From NCBI RefSeq assembly GCF_963853765.1, contig NC_088859.1, forward strand, positions 26,288,001 to 26,352,000: DNA of 64,000 nt, written 5' to 3'. The notes under the pieces were generated by a model. That model was not told the DNA's origin, did not search any database, and was given only the letters and a program-made list of their open reading frames with translations. Both the position numbers and the translations under genes were made by a program. This document shows, piece after piece, positions 1 through 12,200 of this stretch; positions within the stretch are counted from its first letter, which is position 1, and the number at the start of each line of letters is the position of its first letter. The stretch is from Magallana gigas. Its lineage: Eukaryota.

Positions 1-1974
1 TGTTTGACTTAAAGAGTTTGCCATAGGCTCGCGTGGTTGTCATATTAATCAGAGTCTTTCAATGTTTGAGTTTGTTCAATTTTTAGGGAATGATATGTTT
101 TACATGTTTACCACTTTTCAGTAAATTTTAAACATGTTTTATACTACATTTATACCGAATGTATAAATACACGACCCAACAATCTTGTAATGGCTTTCTA
201 CAAATAAATTCTTACTGGGAGCAAATGTATGTCGCCCTGTAAAGAATATTTCAAAAAAGTCGACACTGATTATTTGGTATTTTGCAAAAAATCTCTAGAA
301 ACTATATTATAAGAATGTTGCGATGCAGACGACACACCCCTATCTGGAATGTCGGACGTTATTGGTCCTCTAATCTAATATCATTTATTTATTTTTTGTA
401 TCGTACTGGAGTATCTTGCTGCACGTCTCTGCAATATATGCATTTAACATTTAAACAACAACCGTTTGATCCTGAAACCGTGCGGTATTTGCTCGCTGAT
501 TTACAACTTATACGTGAGTAGTGTTTAGTGCACGATTTCGTGCGAGGAGAGATGCGATTTGTTAATGTGAATAATTAGTCATTATCGATACCGTCAATAG
601 TTTATCTCAATGTAAACTGACCAGTATATTTTGAACACTCAGTGCATTCACAACAGAGGCTTGAAAAGAATGAACGGCCTTCCCTTATCTCTCGGGAAGT
701 TAACTTTGCTCAGCAGGTGCTGAAATTGACTTACATTGGCACGTGAAGTACAGGTCGCTTTAGACGTTCATGATTTAGAGAATCAAGTTCCGTTGAAGAA
801 AAATGTTTTTGACGCAATCAAGATGTCAAACCAAAGTATTTCCCCCAATTTTGGCATATTTGCGAGCTGATCTGGATAATTTTAAAACTAAAGCCCAACC
901 CAGTTTTCAGTCTTTAGTAAAAAAAAAAAAAAGGATTGTAGATATTATAAACTTTCTCTGTGGAAGATTTAAAAGAGGCAGCATCAGAATTGTCCGATAA
1001 CATTAAATTCTTCTCTCTCAACCAGACGTTAAGAAGCTTCAAAGAAAGAAGGGAGAAAAATAAAACTTTCAAAAATAGCTTTTGGCATTATTTTGAAAAC
1101 AGCCCACGAAATACTTTTTGTTTTGTTTTTGTTATTCGTAACTTTAGTCAGTGCGGAAGTGGCATGCACACCCGATCGACACGACCATAAAAAGGATTTC
1201 TTCTGGGGAGAATTTTATCTTTCTGCCACAACACTGCGCCTTTCCTTGTTCTGTGAATACAGCCCCATGTATAACGTCAAATCAATTATATGCCTTGCCC
1301 ATCAAAGAAAAACGCTGCGAAATCCTTTCTATAATACATGCATATGAAGTGTAGGCGTATTCGGGCACTTGGTTGGGTTATGCAACATGCTTTCTTATCT
1401 TTTATTTTGAATGAAGGAGCAAGTTAAGCAATTATAACTTTAATAACTATTAAGCTGCTGAGTTCACGTGGATTGGCATTAAAAATTGCACGATCTGAAG
1501 TGTCTTCGCAGCAGTTTCCATTGACAGGCGCGTGTACTCTTTTGAAGCCTTGAAATAGAAGACCCCAATACCATATTTGAAAATCTCAACATTAGTTTCA
1601 TATTGTAAACATTTGATTAAATAAAATAATGTTCGGATTTTTTCTGTGGGACCACCCAATCAACTTCTGGTCATTTACCAACAGCGAAAAAATATTTCCA
1701 CTGCTTTTTTTCTTTCGATATAACCTGCAAAAACTCATCCTAATTGGTTGTTGTCGAGCTTGGTTAACACCGTGTTGATGATATGAAACAACAGCTATCT
1801 AGGTTCGGTAACTTGTTGTGTTATCAATATGATAATAAGATATAAAAAAATACTTCTTTGTCTAATTATACCATGTTCTTGGATCTCTTTTTTCTGGTTA
1901 TCGACAAGGTTTTGTTTACATATCAACAGCTAGATGAGTTCGACAACAGGTAGGTAACCTTAAGAGTAATCATC

Positions 1975-2138
1975 GAAACGTGTCCTCACCAACGGTCTAG
2001 TAAATAGCAGGAACCACACATGGTTCGGGTTAAAAGAATCCGGATGCGAACCGCCGCGTGCTTACTAACACCACAATGAATTACGTTGAAAAGTGCTGAT
2101 GCCAAAAGATCACTTAGCTCTGCTTGTTTTGTCTCTAA
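1975..2138 (+). promoter_or_regulatory. Candidate local promoter / non-coding first exon of a short filamin isoform
   Basis: CpG-rich block at ~1975-2070 (ccggatgcgaaccgccgcg) in AT-rich DNA. Donor AA|gtaagg at 2138/2139 gives a 79-nt intron to the acceptor ctacag|2218. This splice puts an in-frame TAA directly before TAC AAA ATG(2224). No transcript evidence. Confidence 0.4.
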
Positions 2139-2223
2139 GTAAGGGTACTAGACATAACGTTTGTCCGCTTGAATTGTTATTATATTCTCCTGACAGTGTG
2201 TGTTTCTTTCCCTACAGTACAAA

Positions 2224-3157
2224 ATGCCTGCTCCGGATGCTGATGGTTTGGGACCGGAAATCAAGGATAACACCGACGGGTCCATCTGTGTCCAATACCA
2301 CCCAAACAAAAGCGGACGACATGAAGTCCAGATGTGCTATGAAGGGTGCGCTGTGGAAGGTGAGAAAAAAGACATTAGGAAGAAGGTTTTTTGCATTCTT
2401 CCAGACAATTAATTAACAATAATAATATGCAATGCTATGATACCCACGTTAAGTGTCAGTATATTACCGTATTGTTCGCTCGTTGACCTAATGGATCCTG
2501 GTAGATAACAAAGCACAAAGCCAATGATAATATATTTTGGTTAACTGATCGAGATGTCTTAAGGCAAGGCAAGCAATACTGCAAGTTATATCGATAGAAC
2601 ATATGCTGTTTCATTAAACCTTGTAACATTTGGATTTCGAGATATTAGACGATCTTTTACAATATAAATCTAACATTTATTTCACTATTGAAAAAAAAGA
2701 CAGTAATGATATCAATGGTGATGGAAAGCATATCTCGTATCCTACAGTTTTAATCTGATTTGATAGCCTTTAGAGTAATTCTTCCTCTGTTCTTTATTTT
2801 TTTTTATTGTGCTGTGTGTAAGACATTTCAAGATGTTCTCGCTTTCTATCATTATATTTCTGTTGATAAGTCGATTCGTTCTGGTCTCGGGTCAAAGAGG
2901 GTGTAAATAAACGGGATTTGCAACCAGGAACACATTTTGTTCAAAATATACGTTTGCACGCACTGAATTCGACAGAACTGTTTACTATCTTACACGGCGA
3001 CGTAGACACTCTTGATGCGGAATGCCTCCAACTTGACTGTGCGAAACATTCGTAAGATTGATATCTGCTACTGGAAATCACCTCCCCTGGAAAATGAATT
3101 ATCACTACGATAAAAAGAGCCTGCTCAATTTTTTGACACATCAGTAGCAACTGTTGA

Positions 3158-3210
<53 letters not shown>

Positions 3211-6200
3211 GATACATTTATTTTAAAAAATATATATATAATACATATACATCAATTCATTATTTATTTACAGCACTGTAGACATTTGGCTACATCAATG
3301 AATACATTCGTCCAGTCCTCAGTTTTTATGTTTATGCTATCTCTTACCATTTTTAAATGCACATAATTAGCCTTAGTAAGAGTTGTTGCCCTTTTACAAA
3401 AACAGAAGACACAGAGTAAAGAGTTGCGATGTAATTGAATTTGATTACTTTGATAATATAAAACTGTTTTATATTTTTCCTCGTGTTTTTAATTTGACAC
3501 GGTAGATTTGTGTGTTAAATCTTAGATTAAATTCTACTACTACACATCTACTGCAGCGCTTCATGCGATAATCGCATTCATAATCGTATGCGTTAATGTG
3601 ATATTGCTGTTCATCATCGGTCAACTCTCGCTCTTGCGTTAAAAAATAATCATTTATCTTTGAATGTTTTAAGTTATGACGCGGTGCCATAAGCATTCCT
3701 CCCGAAGTGTCTTTATTTACATTCTTGGTGATTCAAACGCGTTACTGATTTTATGATTTTATGAATCGAGAGATATGCCAACGATCCGAGAAGCAAAGTC
3801 TTATCGAAAAAACAAGGAAACCCTGCTATTTTTCAAATGGAACTGGTGCCACAAAGTGGTAATTGTACATCGACATTCAAGTAAACAACGAACGCTGATA
3901 GATGTATACAATTTTAGAAAATGAATTGTTATCTTATTCATAATAAGAAAAAACCCTACATAAAGCAGAGTATAGGATCTAGAATTAATTAAAAAAAACC
4001 CACAGACGCAAATTAATCCGAAGAGACAGGGCTAGGGTGGAGGTGGGATGGGGTGGGGGTAGGGTTGACTGGAAATTAACATGGCATAATTGGAATGTGC
4101 GTTCTGCAATAAACTGCTGATAAAGGCTCCGTTTCCCCCTGTCTTTGATCGAGGTTGTCATAATGGAATCCTGCCATATGGATTTGTTTACAAAGGAATC
4201 ATAGTTTGTCTTCAGTGAGGCACAAACTGGTGCATCAGCTAAAACAAAAGCCCTTTATAATCTGTTTACTTAACATCAATGAATGTTAAAACTATATTGT
4301 CGTAATAAAACAGTGTTGTATTATAAACACGGTGAATATTGTATTTACCGCTGGGTTTATACTGACATAAAGAATAATATTTGTGTTGATGAAAAGAATT
4401 TTGGTAACTATAGACTTTTGCACTTTTATCATTATTTACGAATCAAGATCCATTCTATGGATAGTTTATATAAATACCTGTAGAACACAAATATATTATT
4501 CTTAAGCCGGTGAATTACTTCGCTTTTACTACAAGACATTCAGTAAGCATCAAAGACAAATAAATCATCGTACTATAGGATGAAAAGGGATCTAATTTTC
4601 CCTGTTACAAATCATACGTCTTTTATGACCAAGATTGGTTAGAAAAAAAGTCTGACATTCGGATACCCAATGATTAATGTTGGAACACTCGAATGAAAAA
4701 AAAGAGAAAAGCATTCAGTGTGTACGCTTTGGCATCGGGAGAGTTTGGTGAACAGCTACACAACACAGATTGCTATCAAGGTGAACACTGGGGAAGACTA
4801 ATCACTGGCGGATCTAGAGGAGGCCCAGGGAGCCCGAGCCCCCCTTTTGTAATCAAAATTTAAAAAAAATGTCAGTAGATCCACAGAAAATCAGTTTTCG
4901 TTATGTCAAGTAAAGCTATAATAAGCCAAAAAGTTCTTTTAAAAAATCCACCAGACCCTGGGAGCTGGACCCACAAGGCGACCCAAGACCCCTGGCCATT
5001 TTGGCCCCCTTTCGACAAACCCTGGATCTGCCAATGCTAATCGTCAATATTGGAGAAGCGCTTCAACAAAACATTGGCTTTTTTGACGACCATGCATCAC
5101 ACTTTGGCATCAGATCTCTCTTTCTCCCTCTTTGTCTGTCTGTGTCTGTCTTTGTCTCTGTCTCCCTCCCTCTTTTCCTCCCCCTCTCTAAACACACGCA
5201 TATACATTTCACGACTGTACATTAAAAATTCGTTTTATGAAACCTTCTCAATCCTAATAAACAAGTATATCTGCAAAACACTCTTGGAATAAACATCATG
5301 CTTGCTTCATAATGCGTGCAAATTGTTTCTCGCTGTTCCTCTCTGTGGTGATAATTCTACAGAACACACACGTTCTATTTTGGGAGGGTTTTTGACATTT
5401 TCTTACTATTTACTCAAACGAATAACCTCTCTGCGTTGCAACAATGGAAACGAGTGAACAAGCATTTGCGCAAGATAGATATAGACAGGGACCTGTATTT
5501 TGCGGATCGCTTGCTAGTTTGTGCCAAAAATCTAGAAAGAAAATGACACATATTTTTTTGGTGTTTTATGTTCCAATGTACTTGTATATACTATGCAAAT
5601 GTGGTGTAAATTTAGGCACCAATTGCAAGACTCTTCTGAACACAAACAGTTGATTGGCATTTAGTCCAAAAACATTTGGGTTTAGATATCTGCTGATCAC
5701 ATTACACTAAAAACGGATTAATTCAGTTTTTATCCATAAATTTGCACAAAATAGCTTTAGAATTTCAAAACAATGCGATGTCAATTTTCAAATCCAAAAC
5801 AAATAAGACAATATATATTCGAAGGCTCTTGTAATTTTAAAATGTGTATGTGGAGGAGAGGGAGCTATGAAATTAGAATTAAGTATGATTTTTAAGAAGA
5901 TATATTTTTCTTCTCCAGGTAGTCCATTTTCCTGTATGGTTGACAACATTGATGGCAGCTATGTCACAGCTTTCGGCGCCGGTCTGGTGGGAGGAATGAG
6001 CGGCCAGATGGTCAGTTTCACCGTCACCGCCAAACAGGGCAGTCTCAGTAAGTCGACCAAGCCCCTTCCTGTTCAAATAATGCCCATACTGCTATTGCCA
6101 AATTGATATTCGAACAATACAATACCTATATATGATGCTGACCAAAAATCATATTCATAAAACTCTTTTTATTGAAATCTTATGAATATCTATATATTAT

Positions 6201-9200
6201 CTGGCTTCCATGTTCAGAATGTTCTATTTATTCAAAAGCTCGAAAGAATGAAAATCATGAAATACACATTTTTGAAAATATGGCTGTCAGATCTTCCGGA
6301 AACCAGAAAAATACGCATTTATTTTCGTAATGAAAAGCAGATCACGTTAACCGCTCATCAACACTTGTCTTGGAGTGAGTTAATAGCCTCAGCGCCCCTT
6401 CACATTAATGACCGCTAGACTAATGAACTCTAAGGACCACCTTCCAGGTTTCACTTTGAGTACTAATATCTTCCTCTCGGGAGTGGGCTCATCAGCAACC
6501 GGTGTAGTATTGGTTGGTAACGCGAACATTATCATGTGTTCGGTTATATAGAATCTATTACTTAAGCATCGCGTACTCTATTGACATTCCATTTCAGTAG
6601 CATGTATAGTATCTGGTTAAAGCAGATAGTGACACACATACCGATTATGAATTATGGTACTAAACGCTAGCTGCATATTATAACAGTTGGCAAACAATAT
6701 GTTTTTTCTTAGGTTGACTGCTCATTGAACGGCATATTTCGGTTCTATTGTACTACATGTATTTTTCGGTATATCTTGTTACTTGTCATTTCAGAATACT
6801 AAAACAAAACAACAAAAACAGACCAAAGCCGAAACCACTTAGCTCAAATAATTGTACGTCAATTTAATCACCCAAAATCAAACAACCTTTAAAACGCCCT
6901 AACTTCTCGTGCAAAGAAGAGCACCAAGCAAAATAGATGTCACGTGGGCATAAACGTCAGAAAGTACAGGCCAATTACCCGTACTGGTAAAATCTGAGGC
7001 TGCTCATACAAAAGATTGCACGCTTAATTACGATGACATAAAAAATTAGAAATCATCTATATCAAAACTAAAGAAACAAAGTTTTTGGAGAATCCCTGAG
7101 TGATTTCAATTAGAGCAATATGTTTTTTTGTCATAGAGATGAAAAACACCCACGAAGATTTTTGGCTCATTCCGTAGTTTCGACAAACAACTTCACTTAG
7201 AAGTGCATAAAGACAAATACATACAAGGCGGTAAATAAACATTTTAAAGACAATCTCCATGCAGCAGAAATGGGTTAAGTGTATGAGTAAATTCAAGTGT
7301 CAGGCGACACTAATGAAGAGGTCAAACATTTCTTTCGCCTAAACATTTGAATAGAATAATTTTAAGCCAAAAAGTGCAAGAGCAATTGCAATCGTGTTCT
7401 TCATTTTACGTTGAAATTGGCATTGCCCTTCTTTCCGAAAACTTGGCAAAGTTTGAAAAAAAAAATGATAACATCTTGAGTCATGAGGTACAGTCACGTG
7501 AAATTTAATTGTTTAAATTTATCTGCCAAAACAGCTAATAATTGTATGTGTAATTGTATATTTCACAAATGATGTTCTGAAGGAAATTATATATACCTGT
7601 ACATTCAAAGTACACCAAACCAAATTGAATATTTATATTGGCTGTATATCCATTAGACATTATTTTCGGACTTCATTGGCCCACTAAGATAACAAATATA
7701 TATAATGTATCATTTCGTGTTTTGCCATGTTTTAAAACGATATACTTAGTAGAAATCTTTTGATTTTTACCTTCGATTCGCAGGTAAACTGGACGTGAAG
7801 GTAGATGGCCCAACTAAGACCGACCTCACAAGGAAAGACCATGGAGACAAATGCGACATTTCCTTCCTCCCAATGACCCCTGGTATCTACAATATCATCG
7901 TCAAGTACAACGGAAAGGAAATGAAAGGATCCCCCTTCGTCTCCAAAGTTTCAGGTATTTAGCTTCTCCATAAAATCCTCTAACTTCCGGTTCCGCTGCA
8001 ACAGCGCATTGCCTCAGCCAATAATACTAATATCCGTTATTTCATCTTGTAGGGTGATGTGTTTAAGGAAACGTATTGATATTTATGTTTTAGACAGCAA
8101 GATCTTTTGTATCATTTATGTAATAAATTTGATTAATATGTAATTATTGTGCATCAGTTGACATTTTTTAAAATCAAGCATGACATATTTGAAAAAGGAA
8201 TTGCAATCTGGATTATTATCAATGTAGGTAAACATTCTAGTGGATATATTTAATATGCCACAGAATAGTGTTTCTAGATCAAATGGCTATATACTAGCAT
8301 ACGAAATGTATCTGGTCCATTGCACAAATTAACACATATAAAAAAGCACAGACGAGTCTATGGCAGGAATGGTGATGTTGTGATTTTGTTGTGTGTAATC
8401 CCCCCTAGTACCCATCCACTGCTTTAAATCAAATTATTATATATAAGGTATTCATTATTCAAATATGTATTTTGATATTTTTAAAATCCCTCCAATCATA
8501 ATTTTCTGCTGAATTGCCTACCAATGGCTTCTTTGCACCCTTCCTCTTTAAAAAAAAAGGAATGCAGAGAGATCATTTCAAAGCCGAAAATTCATCAAAT
8601 CTCTATAGAATCACGTAACTATATCGGCCAAGGAAGAAACCAAAAACTTTTTCAACAGGTTATAGAGAGTTTTATGCCATCTCATTATGCATTATACATC
8701 TATGTCTTTTACTGTATAGTTCATGACAATGGTATGCCATCCGGTAAGTCTTCAAACATTGCTGTAGTCTAGTGTATTAATTAGTCGCTGCAAAAAAAAC
8801 CAAAAAAACAACATCTTTGTATTAATGTAGATCTCTTGGAATCAAGTAAAATAGGTGTCATTTTTATTTTATGCATATATCGTGTAAATCATATTGTACA
8901 TCGCTGTCATACATGTTCACTTTTACTAATTCAAGCTAATGCATTTGAAAACCTTTTCATACTGAAGGTGTTCTATGTAGCATTGTAGCGTTATTTTGTT
9001 TTTTAATGTATTTTGTTCTTAGCTTCATTTCTGTTTTAAGATACAAGTTTATTGTATACCAGTACTATGGTATTGCACTGTATCTTACGGTATTTATCTA
9101 TATATAGTAAGCATTCCGCTTATTTTTTGTTGTGCAAATGCATACGTGCTATAAAAAAGGTAATTACTTAAATACATTTTAACATGTACGTGTTGCATTG

Positions 9201-12200
9201 CTAAGTTTACAACTTTTAGTAAAGTTACTTAACACTGTGCGCATTGCAGGCGAAAGACGCGGCATTTGTGTTTCACGCAACTCACTGTACATGTAAATCA
9301 AATGTCCATGCAATATCAATTCGCGAAAAATTTTGGAGAACTTTTCAATTTTTTTTATTGATAACAGATGAAGTATTTGTAAGCATTTGTAAATCTTGTT
9401 ATCGGTTATGAAAATAATTCCGCAACATAAATTGAAACTAAAGTTTTATCTCCGGAATAACATAGATTTACATACATAGAATGAAACAATTGTTTGTGAT
9501 CTTCGACAGAAAAAAAAGAAGCTGAACAGGAGGAGAAACGAATTCTATCGCTTCATTCATCGCCGAAAGATAGAAAAACCTGCAAAAGCTGCATATTTTC
9601 TCTACATCTGCATAACCCTCCTCTGCGCTCCATTCTGGCTGTTGTTTCACTAACACGCTAATTGATCAGTCAAGCATGCAATAAAGAAAAGTGGTCGCTT
9701 TATCACTGTGTACAGACATTGAGGCGAAATGCATGATAGTAACTTACACTGATCCAGGGTTTCCTTGCAGCCAGCTACTAGAATCCAAAGGGTTATCACT
9801 CAAGGTACAATCTCCATTCTCATCTGTATTGCCTTGGATGTTATGCAACAAAACATCGGAGCTAAAAGAGAAAAAAAATAACTGTAAAAAAGAATGATAG
9901 GAATTTCCTGATTCTGCTAGTTCCTATATTTATGACTGTTAATATGTGTTAATTTAAGGCATTAACCCTATTTTGCGAAGTTATTTTGGTAAATTGCGAG
10001 ATGAAGTTTTTGTGGAGACTGAAGTTTTTTTTTAGCTGAAGGTGATGATATCAAATAGCATATGGTTTTGAAATTTCTTTCGTCTGCCAGACAGTCATAT
10101 CTAGTTCGATATAAATCATCCAAATACACTTAAAGTACGCCATAAATTAACTGCTACGGTGTAGCCGCGTTAACGGAGGATCAGTTTTCAAATCATTAAA
10201 AAAAACCCGATATGTCAAAAACTTTGTTAAATGAGTAGAATAGGAGGAAAAAACTTTCTTTAAAAAGCATTAAGATTTTTTTGTTTCACAAACAGGTGAA
10301 GGAAGAAAACGCTCCCAGCTATCCCTTGGCAACAGCAGTGAATACTCTCTTAAAGTTTTGGAAACCAATGTCGTGGATTTGGTGGCGTCCGTCAAACTGC
10401 CGTCTGGTGCTATTGAGCCTTGTCTTTTGAAAAAGGATTCTGAGGGACATCTCTGTAAGATTTTTAAAAAAATAAATATTTAATTTTTTTCCCCAGAAAA
10501 ACGTCTTATTTATTTATGTCGTACATGTATTTCAACCTGAAAATTCATCAACTTCGTCATTAGCAGTAAAATATAAATATACTTACCTAAATTAATAACT
10601 GTATTAGAATTTAATTATAGGATCGCATTTAAGACAATATGACAGTGATGAACGCGTGCAATGTACAAATAATGAACGCTAATATTGGTATTTGCCGTGA
10701 AACCAATCAAATCTATATTTTCCAGGTGTTGGCTCATTTGCTCCAAAATCCACTGGAGATTACGCTATTCACATTTCCCGCGATGAGAAACCCATCAAGG
10801 GCAGTCCTTTTCATATCAAAGTTGGCGACAAAGAGCTTGCTCATGCTTCAAAGGTCAAGGTCTCAGGTCCCACAACAAAGGCCAAGGCCAACGAACCTAA
10901 CATTCTGGAATTGGACTGCAGCGACGCAGGTAAAACAAAAAAATCACCGGCGCTTCGATACAATAATCAATGAAATTTCAGTAAAACATGTAGCGAGAAT
11001 ATTTTATTTTATGTATGTAATTTCAGCTTTTGGTTGGATTTTAATTACCCTTTTTTCACTCATTGCTATGAAACTTTCACTTGCACAGGATATGGCGGCT
11101 TGAGTGTCGTCATTGAAGGACCACATCGCTCGGAGATTGAATGCAAACACTATGAAAACAGAAAGTATAAGATTTCATACAGTCCACATGAACCCGGCAT
11201 CTACATCTTGAACTTGCGATTTGCTGATGATCACCTGCCAGGTAACATAATTGGACAAACCTTCGCAATTTAGAGGGTTAAATGTAGTTGAGTTTAAAAT
11301 GTTTTTAAATATCTGAACACGTAATATTTATGATGCTTTATTTTTCGCGAGAACTTAATTCCGTGATTTAACTGTTTTGCATTAAATCGCGAGAATATGA
11401 AATCGAGAACGCTGAAATGTTATCATTGTTTCATTTAGTTCATCCGTCCGAAAAAAAAAATAAATCGCGAGATTTTTAAATATGCGAGGTGTGATTCTCG
11501 CAGTTTTACGCGGATGTAGAATAGGAATAATATTTGTAATTGATAGTAAACGCAAAAATAGGAGATAAAATGTGCTATGGGAGATTTCATAGACAGCGTG
11601 CGTAGATGGTACATGTAAGTTGTACTACTAGTCATGCTGATTGCAACTGTATAGGAGTAGTTGTAAATTGTAGCTAAAGTAACAGTTTAAGTGAAGCTTG
11701 GCTAGGTATTTATTTGGTTATACAATCATAAAAATTCAAAGACAAGCAATACGGGTCGGATGTTTGTCTATGATCATTGTTTGAATATTTATGTTTAAAT
11801 CTTTCAGGAAGTCCATTCTTGCTGCAAGTGGAGGGTGAACCTTCTGGGCGAATCAGAGAGACTGTTACAAAGACCATGGAGCAGGCCGAGCCCGTTAAAA
11901 AGAACCAGAACTGTGAATTCTATCTTCAGATTCCAGGTTACTATACAATATACATGTACAGCATTTACATGTAGAAGCTTGCATGAGATAAGCGGGTTTG
12001 AACAAATAATTCCCCCCAAAACCAAAACAAAACACCAGTGATTCAGTGATTCAATAGTTGCACCGTTGGGGTTTGGACTTGTACAATGAAACATACAATT
12101 AAACCAGAACAATTTTCGATCAAGAAAAAATAGGAACATATTACTGATAATTCGGTAATAATGAGAATGTAAGGAATAAATGTCAAGATTTGGGGCTCGA

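Noticed and set aside
1093-1347. Signal-peptide-like 84-aa ORF (secreted Cys peptide?)
   Set aside because: It starts at TTG with no ATG before the hydrophobic stretch, which comes from a T-rich low-complexity tract. No splice support.
1745-1950. Weak inverted similarity (ttgttgtcga...gttgat / atcaac...tcgacaacag)
   Set aside because: Too degenerate to define TIRs or a TSD.
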